From: Neocallimastix sp. 'constans'
Lineage: Eukaryota
NCBI GenBank assembly: GCA_050613775.1
Contig: JBODTK010000146.1
Span: forward strand, 248,001-312,000
Reading direction: 5' to 3'
Length of the DNA: 64,000 bases
The notes beneath the pieces were generated by a model, which ran no database searches, was not told where the DNA came from, and saw only the letters and a list, made by a program, of their open reading frames with translations. The position numbers and the translations under genes were made by a program. Shown here piece by piece: positions 12,366-24,397 of this stretch (the first letter of the stretch is position 1; the number at the start of each line of letters is the position of its first letter).

Positions 12366-14995
12366 TTACCTCAAATGAATTAATTCGAAATAATCAAGTA
12401 AATTTAGACAAAAATCAAATAACAAATTCAGGAATAAATACAGGAGCAGATATTAAAGATAATTTAAATTCAGACGTAAGTAAAAATTTGAATTATTTTG
12501 AATCAATAAATAAAAAAGTAAATAACATAGGGATAAACAAAATAAATTTAAGCAAAAATAATTTAAATTTAAATGTAAATAAAAATTCTGATTATTCTAA
12601 TGAAGTAAGTAATAATTATAATTACTCAAATAACGGTTATAGTTCTAATGTAAATAATAATAATATAAATAACAATTACATGGGGAATGATTTAAATCAT
12701 AATTTAAATATTGATAATATTAACCCTATTGATAATAATTCTAATATAAGTGTAAATAAACCAATAAATATAGTAATTAAAAATAATTCAAATTCAAATA
12801 ATCAAATAGAAAATAAAAATGAACCAGATAGTGAAAAATATATTTCACAGGATATATCAGGAATTAATATCAATGAAAATAATGTCTGTGGGAAACATAT
12901 TTTACGAGATAGATTTTTGCGTGAATTTGCAATTAGAAATTCGAATTCAAAACAAAATAAACAAAATTGTAATGATTACAATGATAAGAATGTGAATGAA
13001 ATTGTAAACAATAATAACATAAGAAATAAACAAAAGATAAGTAACGCAGTTAGTAATAATAATAGTGACAATATGAATAATAATGAGAATGTTATTAATA
13101 AAATAACTATTAATAAGAAATATAAAAATAAACAAGAATCCACGGAATTCTTGCTAAATAAATTAAAAGAACCTTTAAGTACTTCAAACGGTTTAAATAA
13201 TAATTGTAATAATAAAAATGGTAATAATATACAAAAACAAAGCGTTAGAAAGCAAAGTGTGAAAAATAACAAAAATGATAGCCATAAACAGGTTAATAAA
13301 AATAGTATCATATATGTTAAGAAAAATAATAACAAACGTAAAAAAATTTATAAAGATGAATATAATATTGTAAAACACCCATCAAAAAAATATAAATCAT
13401 TTAGTATAGATGATATAATAGGTACTAATGCTTTTCTAGCTGTAGATAATAATAATTCTATTGAACCACGCAGTTATAAAGAGATATTTTCCATGAAAGA
13501 TAAAGACATGTGGTTGAAGGCAGTGGATGAAGAACTAAACAATATGAAGAAAATGAATGTGTTTTCAATAATCCGTAAAGTACCAAAAGACGCCAATGTT
13601 ATTTCAACAAGGTGGGTCCTTAAACATAAGAAAGATTCTGAAGGTAAGATAATCAAATATAAAGCTAGATTAGTAGCTAAGGGGTATAGCCAGGTGTATG
13701 GAATTGATTTCAAGAATACTTTTTCACCTACCCTTAAACAAGACACGCTCAAAATAATAATAGCTATTTCTGTTCAAAATAAATTTCAAATACATCAAAT
13801 GGATATTAAAGCGGCGTATCTAAACGCAAAGCTGGACGAAGACATTTATATGCTACTGCCAGAAGGAATGAATAAAAAGGGGTATTGCAAATTGAATAAA
13901 GCTTTATATGGTTTAAGGCAATCCGGAAGAATGTGGAATGAGACCCTTAACAAGGTATTGTTAGAGTTGAATTTTAATAGATTTTTAAGTGATCCATGTG
14001 TTTACATTAAAAGGGATAAAACTAACAAGATTATATGCTTATTAGCAGTTTATGTGGACGATATAATTGTTGCTGGGAAGTATGATCAAATAATTAAAAC
14101 GAAATCTTTAATTAAAAATAATTTTGAAGCTACAGATGTAGGTGAAGTAGACTTTATTATAGGTATAAAGTTTGAAAAATGTAATGATGGTTATATTATC
14201 CATCAGAAGAAATATCTTAATGAAATTTTAAATAAGTTTAATATCAATAAATATAATCCAGTATCAAATACAACACCAATCGAGTCTATTGAATTAAGGA
14301 GTAAAAAATTTAATGTAACAAAATATAAGCAAGCTATAGGATCCTTGTTATATTTAGCTATCAGCACGAGGCCGGACATATTATTTTCTGTGAGTAAAGC
14401 TTCCAGAAAATCCGATAATCCAACATACGAAGATTGGTACAATGTACTAAAAATTTTTAGATACTTGAAAGGTAATCCTAATTATGGAATTAAATTCACT
14501 TATACTAATACTTTTAATTTTAATGTTTATGTTGACGCCGATTTAGGTGGTGATAAGGAAACAAGGAAGTCAACTACTGGATTTGTAATGATGATAAACT
14601 CAGCTCCTACTAGTTGGTATTCCAAACTGCAACATTGTGTTTCAGTTTCTACTGCGGAAAGTGAGTATTATGGAATTCATGAGTGTGCAAGACACTGTCT
14701 CTGGTATAGAAATATATTTAAGGAACTTGGACTTAAGCAGGATGTTATTACAATAAACACCGATAATAAAGCTGCAATTTACAATTGCGAAAATGAAACT
14801 ATTAATCCGAAATCTAAGCACATCGACCTACGATATCACAGTGTAAGAGAATTAATCAAGAAAGGTTATATCAATTTAAAGTATATAAAATCTGAAAATA
14901 ACTTATCTGATGGATTTACCAAATATCTAAATTCTACTTTAATGACCAGGTTTAGAAATAATATTCTCTATGATCTAAACAATATTAAACTTTAG
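10337..14995 (+). CDS. pol: Copia Pol (protease-integrase-RT-RNase H); frame opens at 10337 in the -1 frame of gag, upstream of the first Met at 10496
   Basis: Protease WTLDSGASYHM lies just upstream of the ORF-track Met. Also HHCC (WHRRMGH...CKIC), integrase D,D,E (IHMD, KTDNGTEF, VERL), RT (QMDIKAAYL, YVDD) and RNase H (YVDAD, AESEY, TDN). Confidence 0.95.
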
Positions 14996-15001
14996 GGGGA
15001 A
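14994..15001 (+). promoter_or_regulatory. Polypurine tract (AGGGGGAA)
   Basis: Purine run immediately before the 3' LTR, overlapping the pol stop codon. Confidence 0.85.
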
Positions 15002-15331
15002 TGTTAAAAATAAAGTTTAATATTTTAATTAAGTCTTGTATAATTAAGATTTACTTATTTATTAAATTAAATATGTTTTTCATTATTTTGTATAATGTAA
15101 AATATTATGAGGCGTATTAATGATGTACATCATATATTTACAATTATAACTAATATAGTTAAATTAAATTTTATTAATGTATATACATTTAAGGATTATG
15201 ATAATTAATCCTATAATAAAAAATATTACTAAAAAATTATATAGTTATTAAAATAATAATAAAATTATAATAAATAAATAAAATAAAGTGATCACACAAT
15301 AAAAACTAAACAAAATAACATATATTTAATA
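15002..15331 (+). repeat. 3' LTR
   Basis: Direct repeat of 8836-9165, followed by the TSD TGTAT. Confidence 0.96.
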
Positions 15332-16215
15332 TGTATTTATTAAAACATATTTAATTAATATGGAATCATTAATAGTCAAATTATAATAAAATACTAAAAA
15401 TATTTATAAAAAATTTTATTTTATAAATTTTACATTTTTAAATTTTATGATTGGTATTTTTTTTTACTAGGAATAAACTTTATTTAATAATACTTATTAA
15501 AAATACATAAAAATAAAATATAATTAGTATTATTTTTTCAATAAAGTATAATTATTATATTTTTATAATGTGAAATTGAAAACGTAAAAACAAAAAATTC
15601 ATTTTTTATTATATATATATATATTTTCCATTTAAATCAATTTAAAAAGTGTATGATTACAAGCTATATTATTTATTAATAATCCTTCATATTAATAATT
15701 TATGTCAAGTTATTTTTATATTTATTCATTATATAATTTGGGTGGTGAAGTTAAAAACTTAATAAATTAGGATCACTCTACACATTTATAAATTTATTAA
15801 ATAAAAATAATGAATTTAATAAAATTATGACAACAAAATTATAAATTTATAAAAATTGCCATAATGTTTCGGCGTTGACACGGACCTCTCTTTAAGCAAG
15901 GCTAATATGAAAGACATTCCCTATACGCCACTTAATACGACAGGTTATTTTCAGTGAACTCTTGAACCATCATTGAGGGAGGAACAGCTTCACTAATCCT
16001 CTCACAGATTAATCGTTCGATATAAGAAATTTTAATTTATAAATTTGATTATATATAAAAATTAATATTTTTACTTTTATAATATAAACAATTACCACAA
16101 TGAACGGGTTATGAGATATCCAAACATAATATATATATATTTAAATTAAAATATATATTACTTTAAGGTTCTTTTGATTTAACCTTAATATCTATATTAA
16201 TTAATTTATACTAAT

Positions 16216-16253
<38 letters not shown>

Positions 16254-16530
16254 TTGAAATCATTCAATCTTTTAAATATAAGCAATATTATATATATATA
16301 TATATTTATTACACAAACCTTTTTTTTATTATTTATTCAGTAAATTCTATGAACTAAAGAATAACCTAAAAGTTAATACAACTATATATTACATTTATTA
16401 TTTTAATGTCATTTATTTTAATGTATATATTTATTTATTTATTATTTTAATGTCAATAAGAGATATAAATGCAAAATCGAAAATAAAATTACTATAATAC
16501 ATCTGTCAAGAATAAGAATCAACACTATTG

Positions 16531-16566
<36 letters not shown>

Positions 16567-19500
16567 TTGTTCAAATAATATTAATAACATATATATATAA
16601 ATATTTTAATTAATAATTAATAATTTAATTCTCCTTGTAAATTTTTATTCTCATATTTTTTTAAAGGCGGAAAAAAATGTAATATACTTAACTATTAAAA
16701 AAAATAAATAACTCAACCTTCAGAATATTTAAATATCAAACTAATAATGAAGTTGACTTATATTCAAAAAAAAAAAAAAAAAATTGTTTTTATTAACATT
16801 TATTATTACCTCTTAATAGTTATTATCATCATAAATATTATTATTCATTATCATTACGATTAATTTTATTTTTATCTATTCTTTCATATTAAAAAAAAAG
16901 AAGAAAGTAATAAACAAAATGGATAAAAATGGTTAATGTGTTAAATTAAATATGAAATTAATATGATTAATTGTTAGTTGTATATATTAATATGTTTATT
17001 ATTAATCATTTATACTAATATAAAAAATTTAATAATAAAATATTTATATATAATTAGTATATAAAATTAAATATAATTTAAATATATTATAATTGGATTA
17101 CAAAGAAATAGTAAAATTAGGGATAAAAATAAATTCATCCAAAGGAAAATGTATTTTTCAATTAATTGAAAAACTATTATAAATGAATAATTTTAAAAAA
17201 AAAGGTTAAAAAAAAATGTGGATATTAAATACATGTGATTTAACATAAATATTTATTAGTGGATTTTTTTATATAATAAATAATAAATAATAAAATATTA
17301 TATTAATAATAATAAATAAGAAATGATAACAGATAATATATAATAATATTACATTCAAAAAATTTCCATATTTTACAAGATGTAAAATCAAATACACGTT
17401 ATATACTCAATCTTTAATTTAGATGAGATTATAATGCTAATGTATACATGTAAATGATGATGACTCTATTAATATTATCAAATTGAATTTTCAAAAAAAT
17501 TAAAAAAAAAAATAAATTTTATATTTTTCTTAGATTTATAATTTTAAGTGGTAATGAAGTTAATAAAGTTTAATCTTGATTGTTTTGGATTTTTCCTTTT
17601 TTTAGTATAAAATAAATAACATTAGTAATAAAAATAAATAATAAAACAACTTAGATTAATTGTAATATAATATCATAGAAAGAACATAATAATAAAAAAA
17701 AAAGTTTAGAATTTAATAAAAAAATATAAAAGTATTGATAATAAAAAAAAAAAATTCAATGTTATAATATTTTTTAATTAATAATTTATTATTTAGAGTA
17801 ATCATAAAATATCACATATATAATATAGATTATTATTTTTTAATATTATTTTAGTGTAATTATTTTTACTATCTTTTTTTTTTTTTTTTTTTTTTAATAA
17901 AAAAAAAAACTAACTCTATGTTTTAATTTACTATTTCTCTTGAGAAAAAAAGTATTATTAAATGATGATGATTAAGTGGTAAAATTAGAAATAAAGCACT
18001 TTAAAAAAAAAAAAAATTAATATAAAAAATATTGATAAACTAATATAAAAATATTAATCGTAATAATACTTTAAACAAAAAAGCATTTTAATATATATAT
18101 AAAGTGTTTAAAAACACACTATTATTAATAAGATATTTTTTTATTATGAAAAAAAATCTTATTATTTATTTATTTTAGTATTATTTTACTATCTATTATT
18201 ATCTATTATTAGTAAATAACCGATATTATATTTTATGAATTCACATATTATTGCATATAATAATTAAAAGAAAATACTCTATCAACAATTATATAAATAA
18301 ACATTAATAAATAAATAAATAAATAATAAAAATGAATTATTTCCACATCCAAGGTTAAAATGTATAAAACATTATAATATAAAAATATTTTTGATGGCTC
18401 TTCATAACTTTTATTTATCCAATAGAAATAATTTCAATTAAATTACCATAATATACTATTTATATACTAAAATGTATAATATATTATAAAAGTAGAACAT
18501 AATGAAATAAGGATTATTTGTACTAACATTAAAAATGAAATCTATGTACTGAAAAATTTATCTATTTAATAATAGAATATCAAATAAAAAAATATATTTA
18601 TATTAAAATTTAAAGATTGAAGTACAATATATTGCAATAAATTGTTATATATGCTAATAATTCATATTGTAAAATAATAAATTTTATTATATCAATTAAT
18701 ATGCAATATATTTATAATTTTTTATTTACTAAATATATAAAATATTTTTATAATAATTAAAATATTATGTATTAATCCAGATTTAATTCAATATATTATA
18801 ATTTATTTATTCCGTTTTAATTCTTTTTCTAATATACATCTATAATTCCATATATTAAAATTCATTTAAACTTAATTTTCAATTAGATTGAATATACATT
18901 AATAAAATAAAAAAACTAGATAGTGATAATATATCTGAGTGAGTAACGAAGAATATGAAAATTAAAATATTTAAAAATTTTATTATTAATTTAATTATTC
19001 CAAAACTTTTTAATCTTTAGTTCGGTTTTAAATCCTTTCTTTCTCTCTTTCTAACTTTTTTTTTTTTTTTTTAATTTATAAATTTAACTTACAGATGCTG
19101 TCGGTTTTTTATTTAAATTAAATATATTATTGTTTAAAATAAATTTTAAATCTTCTTTAATTAAAAAAATATATTTAAATTATATAAATAAATATATATT
19201 TTTTTAAAAAAAAAAAGTGATTTAAATTATATATATTTTAATATTTTAATTATCAATACATAAATAATATAATAATAATTATAGTAATAAAAATATTATT
19301 TTTTATTATTTAATGGTTGTAATAAATAAAAACCAATGTTAAACTATTTATACTGTAATTTCATTCATTTAAGGGAATCTAATTCATCATTTATATTTCC
19401 TATACTCTTAATAAATAGTTTCAATATAGGAATTATACTTATTTATTCTTTTTAGAATTGATATTCTATCAATGTTAAATATATATTTTTTTTTTAAAAT

Positions 19501-20229
19501 ACTATTTTAAATAGCCTTTTACCACCATATTTATGTTATAAAATTATTTTTTTTAATTATTTATTAATTTTTATTATGTTTCAAATAACCTTTTACCACT
19601 ATATTCATGTTATAATAATAATATATATTAAATTATAATAAAAAATTTTATAAGATAAACTTAACTTAGATTTATATATAAATTATTAATCTTTTTTTTT
19701 TTTGATGATAGTTTCCTTTATTTCATTTTCATTCGTCAATAAATTTAATACAATATATATTATTACAATAATATATAATATATAAAATACAATAATATAT
19801 AATATATAAAATTAAATTACATATTTTACAGATTATATATTAATATAGATGAATATATTGTATTTATTCATTAATTAAATTATTATAACAATATAATTGT
19901 TAATATATTAACTATATTGTCTGTCCATACATTCTTATTATATTAATATTATATAATTAAAAAATATATTCTTTAAAAAAATTATTATTATTTATTAAAA
20001 AGTATATATATTTATAATTTTATATTGTCATTATTTATTAAGAAGTATATATATTTATAATTATATATATATAAATTGAATAGTAATATTATTATGCAAT
20101 TAAGCAATAAATATAAGGGAAAAAAAATATATTTATATATTTTTTTAAATTTAATATAATTAACTTCTTTATATATAATATTTGACAAATTAGATTTGAG
20201 ATGAATCAAATAAATACCTCTAAAATATG

Positions 20230-20261
<32 letters not shown>

Positions 20262-20429
20262 CTTCACACACACAAAAAAAAAATTTTAACTAAATATAAA
20301 ATATTAAAAATTGTATATTTTATATAGTAATTTTTTAATATTTTTTAATAATCTATTTTAACATATCAAATTATTATAATATATATAATTATTTTTTATA
20401 TATAATAAATTTTATAATAAAAATAAAAG

Positions 20430-23343
20430 ATGCAAGGTAAAATAATGAAAATAAAAAAAATGATTTGTAATTATTTTTTTTGGAAGAATAAAAGATGTGT
20501 TAAAAATGATGATTTTAAAATAATTATTATATCGTAATAATTAAAAAAAAAATAGAATCAACATGATAGAGATAGAAGAATGTAAATTTCATGAGAAAGT
20601 TAAAAAAATAATAAAAAAAAAACTTAAAAACATTATATATATAATTATATATATATTAAGAAAAGAAAAGAAAATACTTTTAAAATAACTAATATATTTT
20701 AATTTAGATGTAAATTTAATAAAATATCAATAAGAGAAATAATTTTAATTAATTAGAAAATATATTAATATTATATATATTTTTTAATAAATAATTATAT
20801 ATATATATTATTACATTGTTTATTAGAATAAACAAAAAGATTTAAGATTTTTATACATAAATCGTAAAGTAGAATAACTATGATAATTAAATTATTAATA
20901 AAACAGAATATTTAAATATATGAATTTTAAAATAAAACTATTAAGGTTTATAATAGAAAAATATTGAGATATATAAAAAGAATAATATAATAAATAAAAT
21001 ATGTAAAATTGATTAATTTATAAATGATAGTATAAAAAGAATATGTTCTAAATTTAATAATAATATTAATATTATTATTTTAAAAAATATAATATAAATA
21101 AATTGGATATTAACTAATGAATAAATTATTAAAAATATTAATATATAGTTATTGATACTGCCAAGTGGATTAAAGAAAATTACACCCCATATGAAGGTGA
21201 TGCTTCTTTCTTAGTTTCTGAAGCTTCTCAAAAAACTAAAGATGTTTGGGCTAAGTGCAGTGAACTTCGTGCCCAAGAAATTAAGAGTGGTGGTTGTCTT
21301 GATGTAGATAATAAAACTATATCTACTGTTAATGCTCATGAAGCTGGTTATATCATCAAGGAAAATGAAGATATTGTCGGTTTACAAACTGATGCTCCTC
21401 TTAAACGTTCAATTAAGCCATTCGGTGGTGTTCGTATTGTTAAGAACGCTTTAAAGGCTTACAATCATACTCTTGATCCAGAAGTTGAAGAAATTTTCAA
21501 GTACCGTAAGACTCACAATGATTGTGTTTTCGATATTTACACTCCAGAAATGAGAAAAGCTAGATCTAATGCCATTCTCACTGGTTTACCAGATGGTTAT
21601 GGTCGTGGTAGAATTATTGGTGATTACAGACGTATTGCTTTATATGGAGTTGATCAATTAATTGAATGGAAAATGCAAGATAAACTTTCTCTTGGTATCA
21701 CCATGACTGAAGAAAACATGCGTACTAGAGAAGAACTTGCTGAACAAATCAAAGCTCTTAATGAATTAAAAGCTCTTGGTCAAAGATATGGTTATGATCT
21801 TTCCAAGCCAGCTACAAATGCTAAAGAAGCTATTCAATGGACTTACTTTGGTTATCTTGCTAGTGTCAAGGATCAAGATGGTGCTGCTATGTCTTTCGGA
21901 CGTGTTGATTGTTTCTTCGATATTTATATTGAAAATGATATGAAGAAAGGTCTTTTAACTGAAGCCCAAGCTCAAGATTTAATTGATCAATTAATTATTA
22001 AACTTAGATTAGTTCGTCATTTACGTACTCCAGAATACAATGATTTATTTGCAGGAGATCCAACTTGGGTTACTATGGTTGTTGGTGGAATGAATAATGA
22101 TGGAAGACCATTAGTTAGTAAAACTTCTTATCGTATTGTTAATACTCTTAGAACTCTTGGTGCAGCACCAGAACCAAATATTACAGTTTTATGGAACAAG
22201 AACCTTCCAACACCATTCAAGCATTTCTGTAATAAAATTTCTATTGATACCTCTTCTATTCAATATGAAAATGATAATCTTATGAACAAAATGTTTGGAG
22301 ATGATTATGCTATTGCTTGTTGTGTTTCTCAAATGAGAGTTGGTAAAGATATGCAATTCTTTGGAGCTCGTTGTAATTTAGCTAAACTTTTACTTTATGC
22401 TTTCAATCATGGATATGATGAAAGAACAGAAAAACAAGTTGGACCAGATTTTGGAGATATTAAATTAAATGAAGATGGATCCGTTAATTTCGAATCAGCA
22501 TGGGAAATTTATGATAAAGCTATGGATTGGATTGCATGTCTTTATGTCAATACTATGAATGCTATTCATTATTCTCATGATAAATACTGTTATGAAGCTA
22601 TTCAAATGGCACTTCACGATACTAATGTTCATCGTTACATGGCTTTCGGTATTGCTGGTTTCTCAGTTATTGTTGATTCCTTCTCTGCTATTAAGTATGC
22701 TAAGGTCTTCCCAGTTCGTAATCCAGAAACTAATTTAACTACCGACTTCAAGATTGAAGGAGATTTCCCTAAATTTGGTAATGATGATGATCGTGTTGAT
22801 CATTTTGCAGTTGAAATTCCAAAGATCTTCCTTGCTAAATTAAAGAAATACCCAGCTTACAGAAATGCTGAACATACTTTATCTATTTTAACTATTACTT
22901 CTAATGTCGTTTATGGTAAGAAGACTGGTTCTACTCCAGATGGTCGTAAGGCTGGTGAAGCATTTGCACCAGGATGTAATCCAATGCATGGACGTGAAAC
23001 TAATGGAGCAGTTGCTTCTCTTAATTCAGTTAGTAAAGTTGAATATGAATATTGTAAAGATGGTATTTCTAACACTTTCACATTCGTTCCAACAGTTTTA
23101 GGTAAACTTGATGATGAACGTGTTGCTAATCTTTCTGGTTTATTAGATGGTTATTTCAACCAAGGTGGTTTCCACTTAAATGTTAATGTATTAGTTCGTG
23201 AAACCTTAAAGGATGCTATGGTTCATCCAGAACTTTATCCAAACTTAACTATTCGTGTTTCAGGATATGCTGTTCATTTCATTCGTTTAACTCCAGATCA
23301 ACAAAGAGAAGTTATTGCTAGAACTTTCCACGAAACTCTTTAA
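20430..23343 (+). CDS. pfl: Pyruvate formate-lyase paralog 3; predicted join(20430..20436,21149..23343), 733 aa starting MQVIDTAKW
   Basis: Frame is open from the TAG acceptor (21146-21148), with branch-like ACTAAT at ~21113. ATG CAA G|GTAAAA at 20430 mirrors the mini-exon of paralog 2. The main exon is secure; the mini-exon is less so (712-nt intron). Confidence 0.92.
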
Positions 23344-24036
23344 ATTGAAAGAATATTTGTTTAAAAAATGAAATTTAAATAATAATATATTTTATAGCTT
23401 CTTTAAATATGTTTATTCATATTTATAAAAAAAAAAAAAGAGTGTAAAGTATATAATTTAGATTAAATGATAATTTATCATATAAATAGCCTTCTCTAAT
23501 AATTATCAAATTTTGATTATATAAAAAATAATTTTTATAATAAAACCTTATAATATTTATTATTTTTACGAAAGTTAAAAATTATAATAAAAGTATCAAA
23601 TCCCCATTATTATAAATGTTAGAATAGTATACATATTAAAAAAAAAAAAAAAAGAAAAAAAAAAGAAAAAAAATTAAAAAAATTAAAAAAATTGAAATAT
23701 ATATATATTTAAAATATATATAATAAGTAAAAATTTAGCAAATAAAATATCATGAAAAGTTAATTGCATAAAATTTTACTTTTTTATGTAATTTTTATTT
23801 TCTTAAAAAATTGATTATTCCCTAAAATAAAATAATAATAATTAAAAAAAAGTGGTCATTTTAAATATAATATGAATAAATGAATAAAATAAATTATTTG
23901 ATATATTTATATTTAATTTAAATTGAAGAGAAAGTAAATCAATATTTTAAATTAAAATGAATAAGTTAAGGAAGGATTACAATCCTTTTTAATTTATTTT
24001 AATTTTATTAAAGAATTTTTTAAAGAATTTTGAAAA

Positions 24037-24128
24037 AATAAAATAAAATAAAATAAAATAAAATAAAATAAAATAAAATAAAATAAAATAAAATAAAATA
24101 AAATAAAATAAAATAAAATAAAATAAAA
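24037..24128. repeat. (AAAAT)n microsatellite
   Basis: Uninterrupted pentamer array. Confidence 0.9.
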
Positions 24129-24397
24129 AAAACAAACTTAAATAAAGATAAAAAAATAAATAAAAAAGGAAATATATTATTCTTTTATTTTTATTTTTAT
24201 TTTTATATTAATTTTTATTATAATTTTTATTTTAATAATTTATTTTTATTTTCTCAATTTTGATTATTTTTATTTTTATTTTATTTTATTTTTAATTTCG
24301 TTTTTTTTTATTAATAATAAACCGTTAAACTGTTAGATATATATGAAAAATATAGAGGTGGAGTAAGCATATAATTTTATTTATTTATTCATTCATT

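Larger units (their letters stand above)
8836..15331 (+). mobile_element. Full-length Ty1/copia LTR retrotransposon
   Basis: Two 330-bp direct LTRs (8836-9165, 15002-15331), 5-bp TSD TGTAT (8831-8835, 15332-15336), PBS directly after the 5' LTR, PPT before the 3' LTR, gag plus pol in PR-IN-RT-RH order. Confidence 0.98.

Noticed and set aside
9875..14442. Short antisense and alternative-frame ORFs within the copia element, and similar ones in the LINEs and BRO1
   Set aside because: Shadow ORFs of real coding regions with no independent motifs.
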